64,000 nt of DNA from an uncultured Candidatus Saccharibacteria bacterium (GTDB lineage Bacteria; Patescibacteriota; Saccharimonadia; Saccharimonadales; JAGQNJ01), in NCBI GenBank assembly GCA_964590205.1, contig CAZPVO010000003.1, forward strand, positions 67,643 to 131,642. The letters are read 5' to 3'. Below the pieces are notes generated by a model. The model had not been told where the DNA came from. It saw only the letters and a program-made list of their open reading frames with translations, and ran no database searches. Shown here one piece after another: positions 18,805 to 29,500 of the stretch. The translations under genes and the position numbers were made by a program. Numbering within the stretch: the stretch's first letter is position 1; each line of letters starts with the position of its first letter.

Positions 18805-19931
18805 TAGAAGAACCGCCTGATATCAACAACTGTAATCACAACAAACAAGATCATGAGCACTACAAAGCCAAGCCCGTGGATCAACTCTTCTTTTTTAGCT
18901 GTCAGTGGTTTTCGCCGAATCCGATATAGATAGGTTACGAACAAACGGCCGCCATCCAGTGCGGGAATTGGCAAGATGTTAATAATTGCCAACGTGAGTG
19001 ATATAACCCCAATAATCATCAGCATAAACTGCAAACCAAGGCTGCTACCGTCCTTAAGAATTACAAACACGCCAACTGGTCCGGAAACCTGTGAGCTGGC
19101 TGTTGTGGTGTCACCATGAAACAAACTTGCAACTGCCGTACCGATCCCCTTGTATGTCAAAATACTAAACTGCACAGCCACTCCCGCACCTGTTACTGGT
19201 GCAGACCAAGTCGAGCGGCGTAGTTCGTAGTCAGCCGGGCTTACACCCAAATAACCCTTTGGATTATCAGTGTTTTTGCTGGCATTAACTTCATCTGTAC
19301 TGCGCAGTGTTGTTTTTGCTGTTTTGACTGTGCCATCGTGTACATAGGTGATGGTAACTTCTTGATTGGCCAGCTGACTGGTAATTGGCGGCAAGGAATC
19401 TACGTCTTTTACTTCGTGAACCTGGTTATCTGAACCTGTAATGCTCAGTAACTGATCTTGTGACTGCAGATTAATCTTTTCAGCTGGCGATTTTGGTTCG
19501 ACGTAGCCAATCAAAACCTTCTGTGAGCTTATTTTTGTGTCACTCGGGATTGTAAATTGGTTATCGAATAGTTTTGGCATGCCGATAAGTGCTACCAAAG
19601 TAAAAAGCAGCCATGCAACCAGTAAATTCATAACTATTCCAGCCGAAATTATTTTAGTTTTGCCCCACAAACTGGCCGCACCATAACTACCGGGTTCAGT
19701 ATCTGCATCATGTTCGCCCTTGAGCTTTACAAAACCGCCCAATGGTAGAAGATTAATCGTAAAAAGCGTCTTACTTTTTAATTTTTTCTTAATAATTCTG
19801 GGTGGAAAGCCGATTCCAAATTCTTCTACTTCTACATTATTACGTCTCGCGGCAATGGCATGGCCAAGTTCGTGGACAACCACTAAGCCAACAAATAAAA
19901 TTAGCCCCAAAATTAGCAAAAATAATCCCAC
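18804..19931 (-). CDS. rseP: RIP metalloprotease (M50, site-2 protease) with PDZ domain
   Basis: HELGH, FGIGFPP, PLGGFV, NILPIPALDGG. Confidence 0.95.
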   Translation of the reverse strand: MGLFLLILGLILFVGLVVVHELGHAIAARRNNVEVEEFGIGFPPRIIKKKLKSKTLFTINLLPLGGFVKLKGEHDADTEPGSYGAASLWGKTKIISAGIVMNLLVAWLLFTLVALIGMPKLFDNQFTIPSDTKISSQKVLIGYVEPKSPAEKINLQSQDQLLSITGSDNQVHEVKDVDSLPPITSQLANQEVTITYVHDGTVKTAKTTLRSTDEVNASKNTDNPKGYLGVSPADYELRRSTWSAPVTGAGVAVQFSILTYKGIGTAVASLFHGDTTTASSQVSGPVGVFVILKDGSSLGLQFMLMIIGVISLTLAIINILPIPALDGGRLFVTYLYRIRRKPLTAKKEELIHGLGFVVLMILFVVITVVDIRRFF

Positions 19932-19991
19932 TTATTTACCCTCTACCTCTGTTAGTTTTGAATACATATGTTGTTCGTTATTGATCATTCC

Positions 19992-20558
19992 CTAAATTGT
20001 CATTATCTCGGCTTCTTTGTCCTTAGCAAGCTTTTCGACATTGTTTTTGCAGGCTTGCATAGCATCATCGATCTGCTTTTCCAGTCGAGACCAATCGTCT
20101 TCACCAAGCTGTTTGTCTTTTTTAGCTTGATCGGCTTGTTTGATAGCGTCATGACGAGCGTTTCGGAGTTTAATCATACAATCTTCTACTTTTATACCTA
20201 GTTGTTTGGCGATTTCGGCACGTCTTTCAGTAGTTAGTGGTGGTACTGGCACACGAATTACACGCCCATCATCGGTTGGATTCAGTCCCAATGTTTGATT
20301 ATCACGGATCGCCTGCGCGATTGCTTGCAGATTATTAGGGTCAAATGGGCTTACTTGTAATAATGTTGCTTCCGGAGCCGTAATCGTCGCGACCTGAATC
20401 AGTGGCATTGGTGAACCGTAAGCCTCAACTGTAATGCCATCCAGCATTGCTGGTGTAGCCCGACCTGTTCGAACTTTCTTTAATTCGTCTTGAAAATGTT
20501 CGACAGCTTTATCGAATTTACCTTTTACTTCACTGAGTATTTGATTTGAATCCACCAA
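19992..20558 (-). CDS. frr: Ribosome recycling factor
   Basis: VRTGRATP, LGLNP..DG..IRV..PPLT.ERR, KDKEAEIMTI. Confidence 0.96.
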   Translation of the reverse strand: MVDSNQILSEVKGKFDKAVEHFQDELKKVRTGRATPAMLDGITVEAYGSPMPLIQVATITAPEATLLQVSPFDPNNLQAIAQAIRDNQTLGLNPTDDGRVIRVPVPPLTTERRAEIAKQLGIKVEDCMIKLRNARHDAIKQADQAKKDKQLGEDDWSRLEKQIDDAMQACKNNVEKLAKDKEAEIMTI

Positions 20559-20774
20559 TTATTCTCCTGGTTGCACTTCAATAAATTCAACTTCACGCAG
20601 AGTACCACTAGCATCGACAACACCACCAGCGAGTGAAAGTCGTAGGCTGTTGGATCGCTCGGCAATACCTTCTCTTACATCTTCAGGCAGATCCTCATAT
20701 TTAGTGCATACTACGCGTCTGATCTGATCGTTAAGAAGCGCTCGTTCGTGTTCCGGCGTAAGTCCATCGGTCAT
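20559..20774 (-). CDS. Small hypothetical protein
   Basis: 71-aa ORF abutting frr; upstream TGcTACAAT extended -10 and AAGGAG SD. Confidence 0.55.
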   Translation of the reverse strand: MTDGLTPEHERALLNDQIRRVVCTKYEDLPEDVREGIAERSNSLRLSLAGGVVDASGTLREVEFIEVQPGE

Positions 20775-20817
20775 ATGTTTTCTCTCCTTAGAACTACTTT
20801 ATTGTAGCATAGAGCGC

Positions 20818-21291
20818 TTATAAAAATTCGCCTGGTTCGAGAGCTAAATCAAAGAAAGCCGTCGGACGTATTCTTGCACCATACCTTTTGTAAAATTTAT
20901 GAGCTCGCTCCCGAGAGTAATCAGATGTCCAATTAACTTGCTCAGCTTCCTGATCGCGACACCAATCGTTACCGATATCAAGTAACGTTTGCCCGATGCC
21001 TTGACCTTCCATTGACTTGCTGACCATGAAAAAGTCCAGGAAGCCTTTGATTTTCCATCCATGAATAATGATGTTCATTGTTGCCGAACCAACAAGTCGG
21101 CCTCCGAGTTGAGCAAGGAATACCTCGCGTTCAGGAGAATCAATAATTCTGCGCAGGAGTGCTTCGCGAGCTGGTTGATTATCATTATGCTCAAACGCTT
21201 CAGCCCGTAAATTTCCCATTTCGGCAGCAATTTCAGGGCTGTACTCTGTGAGTGTCCCGATTTCCACCCCAGTGGGTAAAACTAAAGCCAT
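20818..21291 (-). CDS. GNAT-family N-acetyltransferase
   Basis: Motif A V....EGQGIGQTLL and AHKFYKRYG. Confidence 0.85.
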   Translation of the reverse strand: MALVLPTGVEIGTLTEYSPEIAAEMGNLRAEAFEHNDNQPAREALLRRIIDSPEREVFLAQLGGRLVGSATMNIIIHGWKIKGFLDFFMVSKSMEGQGIGQTLLDIGNDWCRDQEAEQVNWTSDYSRERAHKFYKRYGARIRPTAFFDLALEPGEFL

Positions 21292-21293
21292 AG

Positions 21294-21893
21294 CTACTCG
21301 CTTACTTCACCGAGAGCCATGCGGCTGAATCGGCGCACCACAATGTTCTCACCAAGTTTTGCATTGTGTTCTTTAACGTATTCACCAACGGTGATGTCTG
21401 GATTCTTAACAAATGGTTGTTCGAGCAAGATTTGCTCAGCAAAGTGTTTGTGAACCATGCCACCAGCGATTTGATCGTGCATGTTTTCAGGCTTGCCCTC
21501 AGATTTTACTTTATCTTTGAATTCTTTCATTTTTTCGTCGTGAACGTCTTTTGGCACATCTTCTTTCGAGACATATTCAGGAGCTGCTGCCGCAATGTGC
21601 ATAGCAAGATCTTTAACAAGATCTGTAAAGATTTCATTGCGAGCTACAAAATCGGTTTCGCAGTTTACTTCTACTAAAACACCGATGCGGCCGTCGTGAT
21701 TGTAAGTGCCGACAAGTCCGGCACGCGCTTCGCGTTCACCACGCTTGTCAGCCTTGGTTAGACCTTTCTTGCGCATGGCTTCCAGTGCTTTATCAAAGTC
21801 ACCATTAACTTCCTCGAGTGCAGCTTTAGCGTCAGTTAAACCAACGCCTGTTAAATTCTTGAGTCGTTTTACATCTTCAATATTCACACCCAT
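21294..21893 (-). CDS. tsf: Elongation factor Ts (short form)
   Basis: EVNCETDFVARN, LGENIVVRRF. Confidence 0.97.
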   Translation of the reverse strand: MGVNIEDVKRLKNLTGVGLTDAKAALEEVNGDFDKALEAMRKKGLTKADKRGEREARAGLVGTYNHDGRIGVLVEVNCETDFVARNEIFTDLVKDLAMHIAAAAPEYVSKEDVPKDVHDEKMKEFKDKVKSEGKPENMHDQIAGGMVHKHFAEQILLEQPFVKNPDITVGEYVKEHNAKLGENIVVRRFSRMALGEVSE

Positions 21894-22645
21894 TATTTTT
21901 TCTCCTCAACTTTTTCGGCTTTTTCTTCATCTTTATCGGCAGATTTTGTTTGCTGCTTGGACTGTCCGGCTTCGATTGCCTTCTTTACATAGTCTGCAAT
22001 CAGCTGCAGCGCTTTAATTGCATCGTCGTTGCAAGGAATTGGATATTTTACTGTGCTTGGATCGGCGTTACTATCTGCCAAAGCCACTACTGGTACGCCA
22101 AGTTTGGTCGCTTCGCGAACAGCATTAACATCGTGAACCATGTCGAACACGAATACCACACCTGGTTTAGCGGCCATGTCTTTAATGCCACCGTACAAGT
22201 GATTCATGTGGTCAATTTCTTCCTGGAATCGCTGTACTTCGAGCTTGTTATATTTAGCCTCAAGTTGGCCAGATTCCATTTTGCTCTCTAGATCTTTCAG
22301 GTGTTTGATGCGACCAGAAATAGTCTTTTGGTTAGTCAGCATGCCCCCAACCCATCGCTCTGTTACGAACGGCATCTTGGTATCTGCCGCCAATTTTTGA
22401 GCAATCTCGCGAGCTTGGCGCTTGGTGCCAACAATCAGTACTTGTTTGCCCTCAGAAGCTGTTTTTTGGATAAATTCCAGAGCATTTTCGAGCTCAGCAA
22501 CGGTTTTGGTTAAATCAATAATGTGGCTGCCTTCACGCTTGCTGTGAATGTATTGCGCCATTTTTGGGTGCCAACGACTGGTCTTGTGACCAAAATGCGC
22601 GCCAGCTTCTAATAATTGCTTGATGTCTACATCAACTGTAGCCAT
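21893..22645 (-). CDS. rpsB: 30S ribosomal protein S2
   Basis: [31 protein letters not shown]. Confidence 0.98.
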   Translation of the reverse strand: MATVDVDIKQLLEAGAHFGHKTSRWHPKMAQYIHSKREGSHIIDLTKTVAELENALEFIQKTASEGKQVLIVGTKRQAREIAQKLAADTKMPFVTERWVGGMLTNQKTISGRIKHLKDLESKMESGQLEAKYNKLEVQRFQEEIDHMNHLYGGIKDMAAKPGVVFVFDMVHDVNAVREATKLGVPVVALADSNADPSTVKYPIPCNDDAIKALQLIADYVKKAIEAGQSKQQTKSADKDEEKAEKVEEKK

Positions 22646-22725
22646 AGGTTTTGTCCTTCCTCTTCATGTGAGTGCCGCATTGTCCCTACACAGGTTTCAA
22701 AACGGAGGATTGTGTCTCACACTGC
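22646..22725 (-). promoter_or_regulatory. Probable rpsB (S2/t44-like) 5' leader structure
   Basis: mRNA reads ACACAAUCCUCCG...GAGGAAGGACAAAACCUAUG; UCCUCC can pair with the purine-rich RBS region; position matches known S2 autoregulatory leaders. Confidence 0.4.
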
Positions 22726-22779
22726 TTAATTTGTTACCGACTTATCTTAACAGAGGTGTGAGAATTCCGCAACCCCTTA

Positions 22780-22808
22780 TTGACTCTTGGCTAACAGATG
22801 TGTATACT
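22780..22808 (+). promoter_or_regulatory. Sigma70-type promoter of rpmE2
   Basis: TTGACT-17nt-TATACT, 9 nt before ATG 22818. Confidence 0.75.
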
Positions 22809-22817
22809 GATCTGGTT

Positions 22818-23183
22818 ATGAAAAAGGATTTGCACCCAGATAATTACCGAGTCGTAGTCTTCGAGGACCTCAATGATGGTACTCGTTTTTTGACACGCTC
22901 AACAGTTACTGCCGAGGAAACCACTAAGTGGGAAGATGGCAACGAATATCCTTTGGTTAAAGTGCACATTAGCAGTGCTTCTCACCCGTTTTTTACTGGT
23001 CAGGAAAAAATGATCGACATTGAAGGTCGCGTTGATAAGTTCAAGGCTCGAGCTGAAGCTGCCGAGAAAGCTCTCGAGGCTCGCAAGGCTGCTGCTAAGA
23101 AGAAAACGACGCACAAAGCGCACGTCGAAGCCAAGAAAGCCGAAAAGCAAGAAACTGAATCACCAGCGACAGCTGATAAATAA
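22818..23183 (+). CDS. rpmE2: 50S ribosomal protein L31 type B (Zn-independent) with Lys/Ala-rich C-terminal extension
   Basis: [35 protein letters not shown]; no Cys; true start 22818, not 22620. Confidence 0.95.
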   Translation: MKKDLHPDNYRVVVFEDLNDGTRFLTRSTVTAEETTKWEDGNEYPLVKVHISSASHPFFTGQEKMIDIEGRVDKFKARAEAAEKALEARKAAAKKKTTHKAHVEAKKAEKQETESPATADK

Positions 23184-23198
23184 CTTTAGATAACACAC

Positions 23199-23231
23199 GC
23201 CACCTCCCTGTTTATTTGGAGGTGGTTTTTA
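23199..23231 (+). terminator. Intrinsic terminator after rpmE2
   Basis: GCCACCTCC-loop-GGAGGTGGT followed by a T run. Confidence 0.8.
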
Positions 23232-23250
23232 TATACTAAAAAGGAACAGT

Positions 23251-24309
23251 ATGGACCAGAAAGAACAAGAATTACGGAAAGAGCTCGAAGATCTGCAAGC
23301 TAAATTGCAGGATCCGGCTATTTATAGTGATTCAAGTTACCCTAAACTGGCCAAACGACAAAGCGAGCTGGAGTCTGTTATCGCCCTGTTTGATGAAAAG
23401 AATCAGCTCGAAAAAGCTCACCGCGATGCCACCGAACTGGTTAATAGTGATGATGCCGATATGGCAGCGCTTGTTCAAGAAGAACTCCAAAGCACAGAGT
23501 CAGCTTTAGCTATTAACGAAGCGCGTCTTACTGAAGCTTTGGTACCGAAAGATCCAAACGATGAACGCGATGCAATTATCGAAATTCGTGCGGCCGCCGG
23601 TGGTGATGAAGCCAGTTTATTTGCTGGCGATTTATTCCGTATGTACACGCGCTGGGCTGAAGCGCACAATTTTAAAGTTGAGCTTATTGACCATAATGCC
23701 AATGAAGTAGGCGGCTATAAAGAAGTGATCTTTGCCGTTCGTGGAGCTGAAGCGTATAAGAATTTAAAGTTCGAAGCCGGTGTACACCGCGTGCAGCGTG
23801 TTCCGACGACCGAATCTCAAGGCCGCATTCACACCAGCACAGTCACTGTAGCCGTATTACCCGAAGCCGAGGAAAGTGATGTTGAAATCAACCAAGCTGA
23901 CCTTCGAATTGACGTGTATCGATCGAGTGGTCATGGCGGCCAAAGTGTGAACACAACTGACTCTGCTGTGCGAATAACTCATTTACCCACCGGCATTGTC
24001 GTGACCTGCCAGGACGAAAAATCGCAGATCAAAAATAAAGAGAAAGCGATGGGCGTTTTAAGATCTCGGTTACTGCAAAATAAGATAGAGCAGGAGCAAA
24101 AACAGCTTTCTGATGCACGTAAACAATTAATTGGTTCAGGCGACCGAAGCGAAAAAATTCGGACCTATAATTTCCCGCAAGATCGCATCACTGACCATCG
24201 AATTGGCTATTCTCGCAGTAACATTCCGGGGGCGTTGGACGGCAATATCGACGACTTAATTGAGCAATTACAGAACTATGAGCGCCAACTCATCAATGAA
24301 AATAAGTGA
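23251..24309 (+). CDS. prfA: Peptide chain release factor 1
   Basis: [10 protein letters not shown] (PxT), [26 protein letters not shown]. Confidence 0.97.
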   Translation: MDQKEQELRKELEDLQAKLQDPAIYSDSSYPKLAKRQSELESVIALFDEKNQLEKAHRDATELVNSDDADMAALVQEELQSTESALAINEARLTEALVPKDPNDERDAIIEIRAAAGGDEASLFAGDLFRMYTRWAEAHNFKVELIDHNANEVGGYKEVIFAVRGAEAYKNLKFEAGVHRVQRVPTTESQGRIHTSTVTVAVLPEAEESDVEINQADLRIDVYRSSGHGGQSVNTTDSAVRITHLPTGIVVTCQDEKSQIKNKEKAMGVLRSRLLQNKIEQEQKQLSDARKQLIGSGDRSEKIRTYNFPQDRITDHRIGYSRSNIPGALDGNIDDLIEQLQNYERQLINENK

Positions 24310-25108
24310 TTGGCTGACCCAATCTAAGCACAAATTAGGTCACGCTGGGATTGAAACTGCTGAGCTTGACTGCCTCGTTTTACTGCAGGACGTTTTAGGT
24401 CAAGAAAAAGCTTTTATTTTAACTCACCTCGAAAATGTGTTGACTAAAAAACAACTCCTCATTTTGAATGAGCGTTTGGGTCGAAGAATCAAACACGAGC
24501 CACTCGCCTATATTCGCGGTTATGTAGAGTTTTACGGTCGAAATTTTATAGTCGATAAGAATGTTCTTGTTCCACGCCCTGAAACAGAGACAATGATCGA
24601 AGAATTGAAACTGCTCGCTTCAAAATCTGAACAGCTCGTTTTGACTGATGTTGGCTGTGGCTCAGGCGCAATTGGCATAACCGCTAAACTGGAAATTCCA
24701 GACTCAAAAGTCTATTTGACAGACATTGATAAAAATTGTTTGGGGATTTCTGAAAGAAATAGTCGGGTCTTAAAAACAACAGTTGTTTTTGAACATGGTG
24801 ATTTGCTGGCACCACTTGCTGACAAAAAGCTCGACATCGTACTGGCTAACTTGCCGTACGTGCCCAATGACTACACTATCAATGAAGCTGCACGCAAGGA
24901 ACCGCCTGTCGCACTATTTGGTGGCGATGATGGTCTCGACTTATACCGTCAATTATTTGAACAAATAAGTGCACTCCCGCGCAAACCAGGCCATGTGCTG
25001 ACCGAATCATTACCCATGCAGCACAAGGCCCTGAACAAAATCGCAAAACAAGCGAGCTACAAGCTGCTTAGAACCAACAATTTTATCTCTGTTTTCGTGC
25101 TTACCTAG
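24296..25108 (+). CDS. prmC: Release factor glutamine methyltransferase
   Basis: [33 protein letters not shown]; follows prfA; start placed at ATG 24296. Confidence 0.93.
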   Translation: MKISDWLTQSKHKLGHAGIETAELDCLVLLQDVLGQEKAFILTHLENVLTKKQLLILNERLGRRIKHEPLAYIRGYVEFYGRNFIVDKNVLVPRPETETMIEELKLLASKSEQLVLTDVGCGSGAIGITAKLEIPDSKVYLTDIDKNCLGISERNSRVLKTTVVFEHGDLLAPLADKKLDIVLANLPYVPNDYTINEAARKEPPVALFGGDDGLDLYRQLFEQISALPRKPGHVLTESLPMQHKALNKIAKQASYKLLRTNNFISVFVLT

Positions 25109-26337
25109 CTTTGGGGTGCTACACCAAGTGTTACTGGTATCGTGATAGTTTTGCCATCACGAATGACAGTCAGTGTAACTTTGTCGCCAGAGCTATATTG
25201 GCCGAGCACTGAAGTGAGATTATTAGTCTCATTAATATCTTTGTTATCTACCTTGGTGATGATGTCACCTGATTGCAAACCGGCTGTGGCTGCTGGTGAG
25301 TTAGGAAGCACCGGTGCTTGATCGCCATTACCTGGTGCTAGGTAAGCTCCGCGCTTCGTACTTAAATTTTGTTGTGCAGCGTAGTCATCGGTTAGGGAGA
25401 CGTAGCGTACGCCAAGATATGGTCGCTCGAGTTTTCCCTTTTCAAGCACACTCTTAATGAGCCCTTGAACATCATTGATTGGAATAGCAAAACCAATATT
25501 TGTAGCCCCATCACCGGCAACTGCTGTGTTGATGCCAATAACCTCACTATTTGAGTTCACAAGTGGACCACCCGAATTACCTTGGTTAATGGCAGCATCA
25601 GTCTGAAATAGATCGTTTAAATTCTCGGGTGTTTCGCCATTACCACCTCCAGCCTGTACACTTCGGCCAAAGCCCGAAATAATACCCGACGTAACAGTGT
25701 TTTGGAACTGACCAAGTGCATTACCGATGGCTACAACCATGTCACCAACCTGAACTTTACTTGAATCACCCAATTTTACTGGAGTTAGCTTTTTGCCTTT
25801 GCTGTCCTTGATACGCAAAAATGCAACGTCCAGCGGATCTGAGTCACTTGTGCGACCAATTACATCAACATTATCAAGTGTCGTCCCATCGGATAGCGTT
25901 ACGCTCACGGTCGTTGCACCGCTCGGCACCACATGTCGATTGGTCAAGATATCACCTTTATCACTGATAATAAAACCTGTACCTGCACTTTGTTCTTGGG
26001 TATTGCGTATGTTGCCAAAATAATCAGCTTGTGGTGCTTGGCTTGTTACATTTATTGAGACCACGCTCGGGTTCAGATCTTTGGCAATCGTGCTGATCAG
26101 CTGACTTTCACTGGCCACAACTTGTTTAGCCTGCGCATTACTAGCATTTGTATTGGTGTTGTTGTGACTGACTCGGCTGCCTATAAAGCCACCGAAGAAG
26201 CCAACAATTAAACTAGCGCCTAGAGTGACAAGCATGCCAGTACTTAAACTGGATGCCATCTTATTACTTTTAGCCTTTTTATTACTTTTCGGCGCTGAAA
26301 CTGGCGCTTCCTTGGTTGAAGCGGGTTCGTTATTCAT
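25105..26337 (-). CDS. htrA: HtrA/DegP serine protease with N-terminal TM and PDZ domain
   Basis: GTGFII, TNRHV, QTDAAINQGNSGGPL, PDZ. Confidence 0.95.
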   Translation of the reverse strand: MNNEPASTKEAPVSAPKSNKKAKSNKMASSLSTGMLVTLGASLIVGFFGGFIGSRVSHNNTNTNASNAQAKQVVASESQLISTIAKDLNPSVVSINVTSQAPQADYFGNIRNTQEQSAGTGFIISDKGDILTNRHVVPSGATTVSVTLSDGTTLDNVDVIGRTSDSDPLDVAFLRIKDSKGKKLTPVKLGDSSKVQVGDMVVAIGNALGQFQNTVTSGIISGFGRSVQAGGGNGETPENLNDLFQTDAAINQGNSGGPLVNSNSEVIGINTAVAGDGATNIGFAIPINDVQGLIKSVLEKGKLERPYLGVRYVSLTDDYAAQQNLSTKRGAYLAPGNGDQAPVLPNSPAATAGLQSGDIITKVDNKDINETNNLTSVLGQYSSGDKVTLTVIRDGKTITIPVTLGVAPQS

Positions 26338-26367
26338 CTTCCCTCCTAAATCAAAAACTATTTAAAT

Positions 26368-27117
26368 CTAAATAGCCTTGTCGCCCCAGTCCGAAAAGAC
26401 TAATACTACTATTATAATCGCAATCATAATGAATATAAACTGGCGTCTCAGCAAAACTGAGAGTCTATCAGTTCTATCTAAGTAATAGATTGTCGCCAAG
26501 CCAAAACCAAGTACTGTCAGTAGCAATGTTGGCTGAGCTACAAAACCATAAAACAGCAACCAGTGCCCCAAGATCCACACTAGCGAGGCGCCAAAATAGG
26601 CCCACACATCTGTCAGAAACCGGGTGTACGGTTCATCAAAACTGGTAAAGAAGTGCCTTGCACAAGCGTAACAAACCACCCAAGTCGCAATAATTAACGA
26701 GTACAGCGGCGCATCTGGCCATGCCCAGAATATCGCCATCAGCCCAAAAATCTGGGCAACGAGTGCCTGAATTGATATGCCAAACAGCGTGGCGCTTGGC
26801 TTAATAAGCAGTAGCCACAATGCATAAACAGTAGCCCAAATCGCTTGCACAAGCTGACTATCGGTATGAACCATAAAGACGATAACTGCTAAGCCAACGA
26901 CAATATCAACACCGTTAGCCCGAATATTAGCCAACCAGTGGCGTGGCCGGACTGCAAACATTCGCCATTTACTCAAAAGTAGCACCGCAATCGCCAGTTC
27001 AGCAAAATTTATGCGTACCAAAATAAAGATCACCACCGGTAGCAAAATTGTTAGGGCGATATGAATGAAGTGAGAAAATCCGCTTGCTGGACGAATTCTA
27101 GTTTTCAGACGTTCCAT
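26368..27117 (-). CDS. Conserved hypothetical polytopic membrane protein
   Basis: ~8 hydrophobic segments; LSKWRMFAVRPRHW..NIRAN.VD motif; overlaps the end of the LCP gene. Confidence 0.7.
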   Translation of the reverse strand: MERLKTRIRPASGFSHFIHIALTILLPVVIFILVRINFAELAIAVLLLSKWRMFAVRPRHWLANIRANGVDIVVGLAVIVFMVHTDSQLVQAIWATVYALWLLLIKPSATLFGISIQALVAQIFGLMAIFWAWPDAPLYSLIIATWVVCYACARHFFTSFDEPYTRFLTDVWAYFGASLVWILGHWLLFYGFVAQPTLLLTVLGFGLATIYYLDRTDRLSVLLRRQFIFIMIAIIIVVLVFSDWGDKAI

Positions 27118-28729
27118 TTTGTCCCACTATTATAACAAAGTCGGCGTCTTCTGGGTTAATCCCATCTGGCAGTTTAGAAGTTGCAGAGGTTTTAAAACGC
27201 AGTTCTAGATAGTGTTTGGTATATTTTTTGGCGCCGCCGCGCATATCAACCAACACATTATTAGTGTAATCCTTGATTGGAGCATCTTCTACTTTAGTGA
27301 CGTTGTAGCCATATGATTTCAGTTCATTAGCTCTAGCAGTCGCTAGCCCTGAGCGAGTTGTCCCATTTATCACAATAATCTTTGGGTCTTCTTTCTTTAT
27401 GAAACCGTCTTTGAGCGTATTCCGAACAAAGCTTTGGATGTCAGCATAGGCATACGTGCCGGCTTTTGGCACGACAACTGATTGACCACCAATATTTCCG
27501 GTCGTTACTAGCTCTTGTGGTGGATCTGCTAATCCAGCCGACTTAATCTGACTACTGTTAATCTGCTTACCAAGATTATAAAGCTGCATGATTTCATTAA
27601 TATTAAAGTTTGTGGCGATGTGATTACCAAAAGTGTCCATCAGCTGCGAAACTTTTATCGGGTTGCCGAAGGTTCCAAGCGTAAAGACCTTGTCTTTGAG
27701 AGCCACGGCTACTTCACGCTGCCGTTGGTTACGATCAAAGTCACCTCTTGGGCTGCCATATCTCGATTGAGCATAAAGCAAAGCCTGTTTACCGTTCATG
27801 TGTTGAGGGCCAACCTTGGCAATCAACGGATTACCATGATTTTCATTAGCCAGCACCGTGTCATACACCTGTTGTTGCACATTTATATCAACGCCGCCGA
27901 CTGTGTCGATTGCTTCACGAAAACCAACAAAATCAACAATCGCATAATAATTGATTGGCACACCAGCCACTTCGGTCACTTTTTTCTGAATGGCCGCAAA
28001 ACCGGCCTTTTCGGCATCGGCATTTGTTTTTCCTTTAGCCAGTGCACTATCTTTGGCATTAGCAAAGACGGCATTAATTTTTGAAGATCCTCCACCGTCG
28101 TTTTTAACCCATAAATCTCTTGGAATACTAACAAGTCCGGCTTCTTTATTAATTGGATCGATGCTGGCGATCAGGATTGTATCAGTTAAATCAGCACCAT
28201 CATGCCCAGCGCCACCTCGCGCTAAAAGTAGCACATTAATGCGGCCATCACCCTCACCTTTTAGTTTTGAAGGATCGATGTCATCGCTCAGCGCAGCGGC
28301 ACTTCCACCACCTGCGAACACCTGTCGAGCTTTTAGATATCCTTTGCCAAAGAAGTAACCGGCCAATAAGACACTTATTATAAGTAAGATGCTGAAGGTC
28401 TTTAAAACTACTTTGAGACCAAGGCGTTTTTTCTTTGGCTTTTCTTGAACGTCGTCAGATAAATCGATGTCTTCTCCTTTTTTATAAGATGGTTTTCGGC
28501 CAATGGCACTGCCGTCAGGCACAATGTTGCCCCCAGTCTTCCTGGGATGAAAGCCTTCTGGTTGGCTTTTAAAATCATCGAGGTTTTTTTGGCTGGTACT
28601 CAACGACCGACTGCGGCGCAAATTTGAACCATCTTGGTTAAGCGAATCGCTTGAACTCGATGGGTTAACAAAACCGTCAATAAATTTTGGTTTCTGCCTT
28701 GAGTGTTTTGGTCGACGATAATTATCCAT
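27098..28729 (-). CDS. LytR-CpsA-Psr (LCP) family glycopolymer transferase with LytR_C domain
   Basis: TM, NVLLL, TDTI, SIPRDLWV, KINA, DFDRNQRQ, VINGT..SGLA, IIVG. Confidence 0.92.
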   Translation of the reverse strand: MDNYRRPKHSRQKPKFIDGFVNPSSSSDSLNQDGSNLRRSRSLSTSQKNLDDFKSQPEGFHPRKTGGNIVPDGSAIGRKPSYKKGEDIDLSDDVQEKPKKKRLGLKVVLKTFSILLIISVLLAGYFFGKGYLKARQVFAGGGSAAALSDDIDPSKLKGEGDGRINVLLLARGGAGHDGADLTDTILIASIDPINKEAGLVSIPRDLWVKNDGGGSSKINAVFANAKDSALAKGKTNADAEKAGFAAIQKKVTEVAGVPINYYAIVDFVGFREAIDTVGGVDINVQQQVYDTVLANENHGNPLIAKVGPQHMNGKQALLYAQSRYGSPRGDFDRNQRQREVAVALKDKVFTLGTFGNPIKVSQLMDTFGNHIATNFNINEIMQLYNLGKQINSSQIKSAGLADPPQELVTTGNIGGQSVVVPKAGTYAYADIQSFVRNTLKDGFIKKEDPKIIVINGTTRSGLATARANELKSYGYNVTKVEDAPIKDYTNNVLVDMRGGAKKYTKHYLELRFKTSATSKLPDGINPEDADFVIIVGQNGTSEN

Positions 28730-28849
28730 AAGTAATTAGACTCTTAGTATAGCGGTTTATAGCCCCATAAAAAAGGTTCTTTTGCTTAGAATTTCTCAGG
28801 AATTAGAGTTTTGAATCATCTCAAAAAAGAGTATAGTCAGAGTCTGAAT

Positions 28850-29500
28850 ATGAGCAGTGAGAACAGTAAAATCCCAGCGTCTCAACCGGTTGAGCAACCA
28901 GAACCACCCGTAAAGCATAATTACGAAGGTTTATGGAGTATTATAGGCACGATTGTTTTACTCGTGGCGGCACCAATTATTGCTGTTATTCTCACTTTGT
29001 TCGTCTTTCAATCTTATGAAGTGGACGGCCCAAGTATGCAAAACACTCTGTATAACCAGGATCGCTTAATTGTTTATAAGCTGCCGCGAACAGTTATGCG
29101 AGTCACTCATCATCCATTTATTCCCAAACGCGGCGAAATTGTCATATTTAATAAGTCGGATCTTGGTAGTGAGCCTGGTCAAAGTGGTTCAAAGCAACTT
29201 ATTAAAAGAGTAATTGGTCTGCCAGGCGAACGAGTCGTCGTGAAAGACGGTAAAGTTCTAGTGTATAACCAAGAGCATCCTAACGGATTTGATCCTGACG
29301 CTGGCCAAGCCTGGGCCAATACTGCCAATATTGCCATCACTAACGGAGAAGTTGATACTGTTGTACCTGAGGGCAATGTCTTTGTCATGGGCGACAACCG
29401 CACGAACTCTTTGGATTCACGCTTTTTTGGGCCTGTTCCATCAAACGATTTGGTTGGCGAATTAGTATTTCGACTTTGGCCGAATACCAAAGAATTCTAA
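28850..29500 (+). CDS. lepB: Signal peptidase I
   Basis: GPSMQNTL (Ser), LIKRVIGLPGE (Lys), FVMGDNRTNSLDSR.FG; start placed at ATG 28850. Confidence 0.95.
   Translation: MSSENSKIPASQPVEQPEPPVKHNYEGLWSIIGTIVLLVAAPIIAVILTLFVFQSYEVDGPSMQNTLYNQDRLIVYKLPRTVMRVTHHPFIPKRGEIVIFNKSDLGSEPGQSGSKQLIKRVIGLPGERVVVKDGKVLVYNQEHPNGFDPDAGQAWANTANIAITNGEVDTVVPEGNVFVMGDNRTNSLDSRFFGPVPSNDLVGELVFRLWPNTKEF

Noticed and set aside
22620-22817. N-terminal 66-aa extension of L31 in the ORF track
   Set aside because: Overlaps the rpsB start, leader and the rpmE2 promoter; homology begins at ATG 22818.
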